Assembly (NCBI RefSeq): GCF_000485595.1
Contig: NW_014577090.1
Coordinates: forward strand, 275,443 to 339,077
Source of the DNA: Priapulus caudatus
Lineage: Eukaryota
Direction of reading: 5' to 3'
Length of the DNA: 63,635 nucleotides
The first letter of the stretch is position 1; each line of letters starts with the position of its first letter. Of this stretch, positions 12,401 to 23,600 are shown piece by piece. Below the pieces are notes generated by a model. It saw only the letters and a list, made by a program, of their open reading frames with translations, had not been told where the DNA came from and ran no database searches. Position numbers and translations under genes: made by a program.

Positions 12401-15400
12401 GACACGAGTGTGACACCACAGACTGTTTGTGTTTATATAATATGCTATATAATTGCCAAACCCTACCTAATTTGCATAATTTTTTTTTAAATATCAAAAC
12501 CCGTAGCCCTTTTTCATTCACATACAAAAAATGAGCAAAATCCGTTGAACCTGAACTGACTAATGGCAATTTTCATTTTTCCCAAAAAATCGCCGTGGCT
12601 CGAAAGTACGCCGACTGCCGTGTTCCAAAATAGGACGTTCCATATGGGAGCATAGCAGTAACAACTACACCCAATTTCAAACATGTGGGTCAAACGGTTC
12701 TAGAGTTATCGTTGACCGAAACCAAATGTTGACGGACGGACGGACGGACGGACGGACGGACGTACGACAGAAGACGACCCATGGCAATAGCTCAGCTTGA
12801 CGATGTCAAGATGAGCTAAAAATTTACCACCTCCCAGACTTCTCTGGCCAGGGGAAGCACTGCTATATAGTACAACATACAGTGCTATTTAGTTCAACCA
12901 TCTACCTGATTGTTGTTAATGTAATGGATTGTGTTGGCACGGTTTCCGCCAGCTACGACTGGTGGATATGCAAGATAGTTGGCACCTCTAATCTTACATT
13001 CATACTCCATCTTGGCCCACAGGAAATGTTCGTCCACCTGCCGGGGAATATTTACAAAACGCTATTACAAAATCTGTACACATTCACAACGTTTACATGT
13101 AATCCCAATTTGCCAGCAGAACACCACACTTGGATGACAATGGGACTTTTTTTGGATTGATCCGGATCAAGTGATCCCTAATGAATCAAACATACCCAAA
13201 ATTGCATCCTCTCACCAACTTCCACACACAACCTCATGCCATGAGCAAAACTATGATTGGATGAACACGGTGGATTACTGACAAGATGTAGCATGATGAG
13301 CAAGATAAAAATTTCTGAACTCCCTGAAATAGTAATAAATTAAGACAATACTACATTCAATATTATTGGCCTTTGGATAGTTTGACAATTCAATGGTATA
13401 TACATATTCACACGTATATCACCCCACCGAGATTTCTCAACAGATTGCATTGATCACAAAACGGATAAATTTGAAAACTAACATCCTGGAAATCGGTGAA
13501 AGATAACTGGAGCCACAGAAGACCTATGCCCTAATTCAATAGCGCCCTGGAGCCGCCCGTTGACCACACACTGCAAATACCAACTGCCCGCTGCCTGCAC
13601 GCTCCCCTGCCCACTGCCTGTATGCTCCCACCGCCCGCTGCCTGCATGCTTCCCCTGCCTGCTGCCTGCATGCTCCCCCCTGCCTGCTGCCTGCATGCTC
13701 CCCCTGCCCGCTGCCTGCATGCTCCCACCACCTGTTGCCTGCATGCTCCCACTGCCTGCTGCCTGCATGCTCCCACTGCCCGCTGCCTGCATGCTCCCCC
13801 TGCCCGCTGCCTGCATGCTCCCACCGCCCGCTGCCTGCATGCTCCCCCTGCCCGCTGCCTGCATGCTCCCCCTGCCCGCTGCCTGCATGCTCCCCCTGCC
13901 CGCTGCTGCACCTCTCTTCGCCTGCCCACACTGCCTGCACCTCCCACGACCGCCCACGCCTGACCTCACCCTGCCCACTGCCTGCATCTCCTCCTGCCCC
14001 TGCTTCACGCTCCCAGTCCGCCCGCCTCACGCTCCCAGCGCCCGTGCTGCATGCCCCTCCAACTTAGCTATGCCGGCACTCGCTGCCTGCATGCTCCCAA
14101 CCGACCTTGTTGCCCCATTGCCCCCTGCTGCCCGCTGCCGTAGCCATGCTTCCCACTGCCCGCTGCCCTGCATGCCCCGACTGCCGCTGCCTGTCATGCT
14201 CCCCCTGCCCCTCCTCATACTCAACTGCCCCTGCCTGCTATCTCCTCTCTGCCCACTGCCTGGCATGCTCCCCCTGCCTGCTGCTTACAACCCCGCGCCC
14301 CATCCGCGCCTCATGCTCCCGCTGCCCGCTCCTGCATGCCTCCCCAGGCCCGCTGCCCTGCATGGCGTCCCACCCGCTGCCTCACTCCCACCCGCTGCCG
14401 TGCATGCTCCCCCTCCCGCTGCCGTGCATTCTTCCCCCTGCCCCTGCCTGCATCTCCCGCGCTGCCCGCTGCCTAGCAATCTCCCATCCGCCCGCCTGCA
14501 TCTTATGCTCTCCTGCCCACTGCCTGCATGCTCCCCGCTGCCCGCTGCCTGCATGCTGCCCACGCCCGCTGCTTACACCTCCCCTGCCCACCTGCCGCAG
14601 CTCCCGCCCGGCTCCCGCTGCCTGCATGCTCCTCCCTGCCCTGCCTGCATGCTCCCACTCGCCACACGCGCGTGTACACGCTCCCAGCCGCCGCTGCCGT
14701 ACAACGCTCCCCACTGCCCGCTGCCTCCATGCTCCCAACTGCCCCGCATGCCCTGCACGCTCCTACCCCCGCTGCATGCACGCCCCCCTCCGCGCCTGCA
14801 GCTCCCCCTGCCCTCACATGCCTGCATGCTCCGCCCCTTCCCCGCATTGCTTAACAATCGCTCCCCCCTGGCCCGCTGTCCGCATGCTTCCCCTTGCCCA
14901 CTCGACCGGGCACTATGGTGGGTTCACTACTATTGCCACCACCGACTGACCGCCAACCGAATGCTCCTGCGGCCCAGTCTGACCTCATGCTCCCGCGACC
15001 CACTGACCACACACGCCCGCCAGCGCATCTCCCTTCGGCGCCAGTCGACGCCACCGCTCACCTGCGACCTACACTGACCACACACTGCCCGCCACGCGGA
15101 TGCTCCTGCGGCGCAGTCTGACCTCACGCTCCCGCGACCCACTGACCACACACTGCCCGCCACGCGAGCTCCATGCGGCCCAGTCCACCTCACGCCTCCG
15201 CGAGCCTCCCACTGCCCACAGGTTATTGCGTGATGTGATTTTGGTGGTGACGCTGCCCGCCACGCGGATGCTCCTGCGGCAGCAGTCTGACCTATGCTCC
15301 CGCGACCCACTGACCACACGCCGCTCACTTAGGGAGCTCACTTCACCTGCGGGTAGGAGAACTTCATCGTCTCGGTCATCGCCTCGGCGGCGATCTGGCA

Positions 15401-18400
15401 CGTGCGTCGCATCAGCTCGGCCTCGGCCGGCGACTTGACGAGCCGCTGCCGCTGCACGATCGGCCGGCACTGCTCGACGAACGCCTGCCGCTCCTCCATG
15501 ATGAACTTGCGTATGACGTTGCTGTGCAGCGTCGGGTTCACCGGCGCCACGTAGTCGTACCAGATGCCGAAGTTGCGCGAGCCCTTCAGGTACGCCTTCA
15601 GGTACTTCTCGAGCTCGTCAAAGCTGAGCGCCTGGTCGACACCGGTGAGCGCGAGCGCGCCGTCCGTGCCCGCGCGCGCCCCGTCCCACAACTCGCGGCT
15701 CGCGTTGCGCGGCGGCACGAACAGCGTCGTGATGTTCTTCGAGCGCGTCGCCTCGATGAGCAGCACGCTGTCCGGCTCCAGGAAGCCGCACATGTACCAG
15801 AAGTCCGTGTTCTGACGAAAGACGTAAGGAATGTCGTTGGTCATGTACTGGCGCACGGCGCTCGGGATGAGCACGATGTGCCGCGTGACGGCGTCGTGCT
15901 TGCGCTGCGACCGCCGGATCACCTCCTCGATGAAACGCTGCCGCCGGTGACTGAAAGCAGCCGAGACGAGACAACGGACGTGATGCGGGGCACGACGACT
16001 CGTAATGCGCGCAGCGGGGGCATAGCGGCGCGGCGAGCATGAAATTCTGAGCGATAAGACCGCATCAAAATCCCACGAGAAGGCGATGGTTTCATTCAGA
16101 ATGCAACACTTTATGAAGGCACGAACATAGTAAAAATAGCTTAAATATGGAAGAGCTTAAATGGTGTTTTACCGATAGAGATTATGTGTGTTAACTAGCA
16201 TAATTTAGGTAAAGATACAAATGGAATTTTTGTACTGACATAATTTTGGTTAACGCTCATTTAACGCTAATTAACAGCAACACGAATGACTGTAATTAAT
16301 ATATTATACATTTCAGATCATTATTAAGGTGCAAATATTCAGATAATATATGAAAGTCACATGTAAAACTCATGAACTCATATTTCATGTGGACAAACCT
16401 GTATTCCAATCTTCCAATTCCCGGAGTGACCTCTTTGTTCTGTAAGAGATGAGGGTGCGTGTGTGGGGCCGGCTGTCCATAATATCGAGCCGTGTCTTTC
16501 TTCGGAAGCTTTGACGTGGGAACATTATCTCCAGACTTATCGTGCGCACACTGGTGATTTGTTCGATGAGTGCAGAAAGACTGTACATGCTCACACTCTG
16601 AAATTTGACAGATCTATGTCAATATAATATATGATAGGCGAGACTTACAGAAATATAAACATTACAGAAATTTATATCATATTCATAATTATACTTATAG
16701 TAACTTATTACTAGAAATAGAGAAACAGTATTTTCTCCTCGTTTGTTCTTTTTCCGTCTGGTTTGCACAAGAGTCAAAAAGCCAAACTTTGATAAATTGC
16801 TTGCAAAATTACAAACGTGAAACGATAAATGGAATACCTGTTGTTGAACTTAATGTTATGAGTAAAGTAAATTTCTTAGGCTGCACACTACCTTGCTGTT
16901 ATGTTTTGTAACAACAAACAATAATATAGCTGAGAGGGTCTATGTCCCCCAGGGTACTGCCGGACCGTACCCTGGTACTATCTAATATGCCGGACCATAC
17001 CTCGCCTACTCCAATAACAAGTGTAGGGAGTCGCTTACGCCTACTCCCTAACCCTAACACTAACCCTAACCATATCAAATAGTTACCAGGGACCTGGGTA
17101 CGTTCCGGTATACCGGACCGTACCCAGAATACGTTCCGGCAGTACCCTGGGGAACATAGACCCTATGAGCAATATTATAGCAATATTATTGCTCGTTGGC
17201 ATTGCAAAACGTTAGCAAGGTTGCGTGTGGCCTAAGAAACTTACTCTATCCATAACAACCATAACAAATGGAATACCTGTTGAGTGTTGTTCTTGATCTG
17301 GACATACATATCAAGATCAAGAATAACACTCAACAGGTATTCCATTTGGCCAACAATAACACACAGTGCATAAAATGATAAACGTGTTTAGCATGAACAT
17401 AGCCATAAATAATCTAGCTCTAGTATTATAGCCCAGGTACAGTTGCCGCAGGGCTATAGAACATTCTAATACGAATGCTAGGGACCAGCCCGCTGACTGG
17501 CGCTGCTGCCAGCGCACCCAAATGGCCGTTAGAAAGTTGTAAGTCGAATGTTCTTCACAAGAAATTACTGCAAGCAGACCATTGCAACGATAGTTAGAGG
17601 GGTTTAAATTGGAGTTGGGGATATAACTTAAGACANNNNNNNNNNNNNNNNNNNNNNNNNNNNNNNNNNNNNNNNNNNNNNNNNNNNNNNNNNNNNNNNN
17701 NNNNNNNNNNNNNNNNNNNNNNNNNNNNNNNNNNNNNNNNNNNNNNNNNNNNNNNNNNNNNNNNNNNNNNNNNNNNNNNNNNNNNNNNNNNNNNNNNNNN
17801 NNNNNNNNNNNNNNNNNNNNNNNNNNNNNNNNNNNNNNNNNNNNNNNNNNNNNNNNNNNNNNNNNNNNNNNNNNNNNNNNNNNNNNNNNNNNNNNNNNNN
17901 NNNNNNNNNNNNACTATTAGTATTACTATTTAGTATTACTATTACTATTAGTATTACTATTTAGTATTACTATTACTATTAGTATTACTATTTAGTATTA
18001 CTATTACTATTAGTATTACTATTTAGTATTACTATTACTATTAGTATTACTATTAATTAGGCACGAAGGGTCGTTGTCGTAACAGGTACTACAGATATGT
18101 ACCCGAGGCAGTTTTAGGTTGTTTAGTATTATGTTTATATTTTTATATGAGGTATGTTTAGGGTTAGGGTTAGGGTTAGAGTTAGAGTTAGCCTACATAT
18201 ATGTACCTCGGGTACATATCTGTACGACTGTAGTACCTGTTACGACAACGACCCCTTCCTTGTCACTTGAGCATTAATTAGGGGCAGAAACAACAAATTC
18301 ATATCACATGCAATAACAACAACTGATGAGAACATGTCCACATTTATACATTATGACTCTCAGTAACTATCAAAGTACATCATGATTATGGTACCATGAA

Positions 18401-18686
18401 TGGCAGGATGTGTAGCACTGTACTGTAGCCCTACGACAGCTACACTGGCTACAGTACAAAGTACAATGCATATCTACGTAACAAACCTCGTAACGTAACC
18501 TCGTAAATATTAGTCTTCAAAGTCTAGGGTACTATATCGTCATAAATCGAAGACGGAAACAAGCTATGATAATGGCATGGCTTACTTACTTTTTACTACG
18601 CCTGTTTTACTGTGCGATTGTGTGGCGCAATTATAAAATAATCGTAATTTTGTTGAACCCCCACTTTTCACGATGGAGGCTGCCAT
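9039..18686 (-). CDS. XPNPEP3: Xaa-Pro aminopeptidase 3 (mitochondrial Icp55 orthologue, M24B peptidase), 8 coding exons
   Basis: Exons 18686-18590 (MAASIVKS..., least certain), 16597-16399 ([18 protein letters not shown]), 15950-15347 ([43 protein letters not shown]), 13037-12906 ([23 protein letters not shown]), 11174-11084 ([17 protein letters not shown]), 10323-10136, 9899-9779 ([21 protein letters not shown]), 9205-9039 ([13 protein letters not shown]). All GT-AG with compatible phases. Confidence 0.93.
11235..11663. mobile_element. PIF/Harbinger (Tourist-like) MITE
   Basis: TIRs AGCCCCGGACACACTAGGCGATTTT ... AAAATCGCCTAGTGTGTCCGGGGCT flanked by a TAA duplication. Confidence 0.85.
11816..12862. 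mobile_element. Non-autonomous hAT-type DNA transposon (contains a nested Helentron-like fragment)
   Basis: TIRs CAGTGTTTCCCCTG ... CAGGGGAAGCACTG with a perfect 8-bp TSD CTATATAG (11808-11815, 12863-12870). Confidence 0.85.
12570..12822 (+). mobile_element. Helentron-associated (HINE/DINE-1-like) non-autonomous element, 3' part
   Basis: (GGAC)n microsatellite followed by the terminal hairpin AGCTCAGCTTGAC-GAT-GTCAAGATGAGCT and an A run. A similar end occurs at ~35645-35676. Confidence 0.55.
13585..14900. repeat. 24-bp C-rich minisatellite (CCCCTGCCCGCTGCCTGCATGCTC), regular at first then indel-rich
   Basis: Tandem units visible; source of the spurious 505-aa [11 protein letters not shown]; lies in an XPNPEP3 intron. 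Confidence 0.9.
14945..15325. repeat. Degenerate tandem repeat of about 65-70 bp (CTGACCACACACTGCCCGCCACGCGGATGCTCCTGCGG...TCTGACCTC..GCTCCCGCGACCCA)
   Basis: Several imperfect copies next to the XPNPEP3 exon 3 donor. Confidence 0.7.
16935..17164. mobile_element. MITE family A with internal telomere-like (TAACCC)n; second copy at 56068-56290
   Basis: TIRs AGGGTCTATGTCCCC ... GGGGAACATAGACCCT; closely similar copy elsewhere in the window. Confidence 0.75.
17636..17912. other. Assembly gap (N run), followed by an AT-rich (TTAGTATTACTA)-type tandem repeat to ~18055
   Basis: N characters and visible tandem repeat. Confidence 0.98.
18066..18257. mobile_element. MITE family B with internal (TTAGGG)n; second copy at 36173-36390
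   Basis: TIRs GGGTCGTTGTCGTAACAGGTACTACAG ... CTGTAGTACCTGTTACGACAACGACCC. Confidence 0.75.
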
Positions 18687-19499
18687 AATTAAACAACTGA
18701 TCATTTCTATGTTGGGTGGCCAAATTTTAAATCGCACAAGGCAACGCCATTTTTATTGTCGTAAGCGCCATCTTACACCAATAGGGGATAATGTTTGGGT
18801 TTAGCAGCTAGAAGAATATATAACAAAAAGTATGTATATCTATTGCTGCAAGTATTGCCCTATTTTTATGCGCATGTATTTTGTAGCAAATGATATTATT
18901 CTTCGCATTGAATCCAGATATTGAATTTGTGAATACCATTTATTATATACTCCTGATAGTGATAATATCAGGAGTAAGATAATATAGATAGAATCTATAG
19001 AATATATCTATCTATAGAATATATAGAATCTATATTATCTTACTCCTGATAATATCATATCAAGAGCTAATAATACTATATAGAGATTGACTATACTTTG
19101 AACGCCAACAGATTTATTAAAAGTATTATTAAAAGTATATAAAAAGGTATAAAAAAAGGTATAAAAAAGTATTATTAGCTCTTGATAATATGAGTGTGTG
19201 TTTGCGTGCGTGGTTGTGCAAGTTCTCATTGAACCCCATGTTATAATGCGATTTCCTAATCGTTGTTTTGCGTTTTCACACAACAAATTCCTTACGAATT
19301 GCATGTAGGGTACACCAACATCGACGTTTTTCGCCATATTTTTTATTTTTCACTTTCTATGGATGTAAATATCTCGGCACTGTAGGAAATGCACTTTCGT
19401 GCGGATTTTAGCATTTTTTAATGATTAATTGCAATGGATTGACGTTTGTTTCGTGTATTAATTGTGTTATATCATTTACACCTAGTTATCTATAGCTAC

Positions 19500-19626
19500 A
19501 GCACCCCACGCGCGCACGCACTAACTCGCACACATAAACAAGCATGCACGCACGCGCGCACACGTACTTACGTACCGGTACCAAGACACACACACGCGCG
19601 CACACACACCACACAACACACACACA

Positions 19627-19680
<54 letters not shown>

Positions 19681-19728
19681 TGCACACACATGCCTACACG
19701 CGCGCACACGCGCGCGCGTGATGCACCA

Positions 19729-19791
<63 letters not shown>

Positions 19792-19812
19792 ATACATATA
19801 TATATATATAAA
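19500..19812. repeat. (CA)n/(CG)-mixed and (TA)n microsatellites in the XPNPEP3-SLC25A11 divergent intergenic region
   Basis: Directly visible. Confidence 0.95.
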
Positions 19813-20139
19813 TAAAGATATAAGGACATCGCTTGTACCTTTGCTCTGTTTATTGCATACAAGAGCTTTTTCATATAGACGCAAGCTCCACACCATAGGA
19901 AAATAGTATAGATAACTTTTTTAGGTTATCTATACTATTTCTATGCTCCACACTCATCAGTGCCAATTAAATACAGAGTGATCTAATTAGAAAATTTACT
20001 ATATCTATAGCTACAGTAATTTTAAGTTTAAATTTAAATTTAATTTAAATTTAAGTTATTAAGTTTAAATGTTCCATTTAATACACTAGCTCATGGTAGT
20101 ATTGACACTCTCGACACACGAGTCACTAAACACACCATT

Positions 20140-20185
<46 letters not shown>

Positions 20186-20624
20186 TATTCATTTATTTAT
20201 TTATAAATCTTCATTTTATACTATTATTGCCATTACTTTTTGCGATGATAGAATACAAAATCTAAGAACGAAATATGCAAGAGTATCGTTTTCAGGCACA
20301 AAATCAACTATATGTTATCTAAGAACAAAATATACAGAATATAGAAATAAATATATACCCAATATGTAATAAGTATACATCTATTTTTATGATACAGACA
20401 TAGAAATGGGTCAGAACCATAGAAATCGCAGCCCAATAACCTATCAATAGTAATTGGGCTGAGATTTCTGTGGTCAGATTGCCAGAACACCACGATTTCT
20501 GCTGGATAACTTTGCGATCACAATGCCACCTTGTGGCAGAAACGATAAACGGACCGGTAACGAGTCAGGTAACAAGTGAGAACGGATTATTCAACGGAGG
20601 AATAAAGTCAGAAACTCCGCGAAG

Positions 20625-23600
20625 ATGAGTGGTGAAGCTCCAATCCAAAGCATTCCAAATGCAGTTAAGTTCTTGTTTGGAGGAACTGCAGGGTATGTAT
20701 TATACTTTGCATGGCAAGGAACGGTAATTGATCAAAACATGTTGGAGTACACTCACTTTTGAGTGGTTGGATGTATAAAACGGTATATACTCGCATAGCC
20801 ATGTGCCCATCAACAAGCTGTCAAGGGCAACCTGGCTGGGACCATGGCAATATCAGTCGGTGTCTCGCTTGTATTGCCTCGAGTTTACGTACGTAAAGGT
20901 ACTGGTAAGAATCCCTGTTTAGAAACGACCGTCAGGCATCACCATGCATCATCAACTGTAAACCTAATCCTAACCCTATCTCATGACTCATCAAATCTGA
21001 CAGTCGTTGATTGTCATTGATTGTATATGTGTGGGAGTCCAATGCAATGCCATAGCACTGTAGCAGGTAGGCCTATATGCTATATACCTTTGTGTACGTA
21101 CATTAATCTACTAGTACTATTGCTGCATTGCCTCGTAATCACTAGTCCTAGTAGAATCATCACAGATCACCGGTAAGATTATAGAAAGACCGACGCCGCA
21201 CGCACATGTCGCAGATCCACCATCCATAATGTTTGTTCTAAACCCTCCATTTCAATATATATATATAATATTATATATCGAAGTGATTATTTCCCCGGCA
21301 AGCCGGACAACTAAGCCAACAAATCAAACTAGCTACTCCGGCAAAAAGCAGACTATGCCGCCAAATTCCATGCCGGATAAGCCCTTGGAGAGGCAACTAG
21401 GTCCTATAACACAAAGGACATGACGGGGATGTCAGACATTGCTAAAGACGTGTACAGATGTTGCACACTGTAATGTTCTATTGTTGATGTATCGTTTTGG
21501 CGGGGATGGAGCACTCTCCGGATTCTAGGAATAAAGGTGGTGGTTGAGTTTCACATATCTGCGTCCTCTAATTTATTGGAGTAAGAGTGATGTGAGGTAA
21601 AAAAATACCTACTCAATTCAGCAACGTGACGATGAAGATACAACACTGAGTACGCAGAAAAATACTTCACTTTTGGTGCGAGAAATTATCTGCAAGGAGA
21701 TAAAATAAGACTACCGACGTTTGAAACCAACTCTACCTGGCTAAACGGCGTCCACTCGCGCTGGCAAACGCAAAGAGATGGCTGACAGCGTTCGAAACGC
21801 TCGTATCTGCAAGAAGTCATCGCTAAGACAGAATACGGACAAGTAGCAAACAACAACACGCGAGACAAGCAACTGTTACTTTCACCTGGCCGGACCTTGA
21901 TTGCAGGACATGTTTTCACATTAACCTGCCACTCGCGAGGAGTCACGGATGATGTATCAGCAGTGACGGCATGAAACACTTATTTCCGTCCCCAAGATAA
22001 ATTCACAGTCGTTTGCGAGGAGCAGACATTCACCTCGACACCCAGGCAAGACCAGTGAGAGACGTCAACAATTGTCCACACGTAGTGAGGAAGGCGGCGA
22101 AACCAGTAATTATGGCAAGCCGTATGAGACCGTAGATCAAAGCACATTGCGGACAGCAAGCTCGTTCGGATTACTTAGAGAAGCTGCTGGATAGAAGGCC
22201 AGCATAATGACATTCTAGGACCGTGCCCGATACAATGCAGACCAAGCGAATGGTGGACGGGGCCAAATGCCGCACTTGTCGACGGCAAACTAGCGCAAAC
22301 TGCAACAGAACGTGAGTCAAGTGGACACTGAACGCACAACGAACGGAAGCAATGGTAGTAAAATCCGATAATAAGCACCGTTACGTAAGAGATAAGCTTG
22401 TTATAAGAGTGCGATAACGTCCCATGAGCTTGGGAGCGACTCCGAAATGCCAGCCAAAAAGCAGTCATCGTAAAAGTGCAAAGGGAAGAGATCACATTAG
22501 CTAAAGTGTGTAGACAACAGTCAAGGTCGGCGGGTAAATATAGTTAGCGAAAGTCCTCAAATGACCCCTGGTAATTCCAGATTATGCACTTCACTTGTTC
22601 TGTGTAAATCAAGTAGCTTACGCACATGTGTTTGTGGCGTGAAGGCAATGTTGGGTCGGATTCAGGTTGCGAGCCAGTAACAAATCCGGGCCATGAGGAA
22701 ACACGCGGAGGGGAATAAAAATCTAGCAACATAAAGTGGCAAGATCGGTGTGGCGCCAGTACTACAGGGAGGAGAACTGTTCCACGGCCTACTGGCCTGA
22801 TACAACCATTAGCCAGTAAGAGGGAAGTGACTGGTGTATTAGGCACGGACAAAAGTCGCTCGACTGAAGTTCCTGTAATCTTAAAGAAAGGGGTAACCGT
22901 TGCTTGGTAGAAGATACGGCGACGCAAATCTAGCGTGTGCTCCGAAAATTTGGCCATTAGAACTGCAAGCAGTAAGAGCGATGTAACCAGATGATATCGC
23001 AACGAACTGACCCAGCCACATGTGTTCCAACGTGATGGAAACTGAAAACTGGCAAAATTACCCCACATTGAATCACACGGTAGGACCCGCCAAGTAGCAC
23101 AACCCGTCCTATGACGGCGAACCCATTCAATTGAGGAATCAAGGGTAGAATGGAACAAGAGTAAAAAAATTACTGCGGATCTAGACATCAGAAGCCAGTC
23201 GACCGATCGTCCCCACACCCCACTATTCCGTAAATCCAGTCGTAGCTCGTGGACGCCACACAAAGGCGGCAAGGTGACAATTAACCGCTGAGTCTTGACC
23301 ATGGCGGTAGAGCAAATGAGGCAAGTTTATCCGTCGGGCAGATACCCATAACCACGCGTGGAAGTGAACCTCAACCAAGGAGTAGTAATGCGTCCACAAA
23401 GCGTTGCGAGCAGATAGATTCGTAAAGTGGTGCGTTATTCGACAGTTGGAGCTCTGTCTCCAGAGTGTCAAGCGAAAGCACAGCACATATCGCCACTTCA
23501 TGAGGGCTGTGAATCCCATACAAGAAGAATCACGCATCTTATGTTTCCGCCAGCGAGCAAGTATCAACACAGATAGCAACAGCAAGAGCCAGGACATCGA

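Noticed and set aside
14890..14960. Possible location of the XPNPEP3 'PVVAGGNR' exon ([10 protein letters not shown] resemblance)
   Set aside because: The true exon was found intact at 13037-12906.
13478..15470. 505-aa Pro/Cys-rich ORF and overlapping ORFs
   Set aside because: Minisatellite inside an XPNPEP3 intron, open on both strands.
22544..23302. 252-aa minus-strand ORF inside the LTR element as a possible cargo gene
   Set aside because: No recognisable motif; antisense to decayed gag-pol; likely a chance ORF. An HMM search would settle it.
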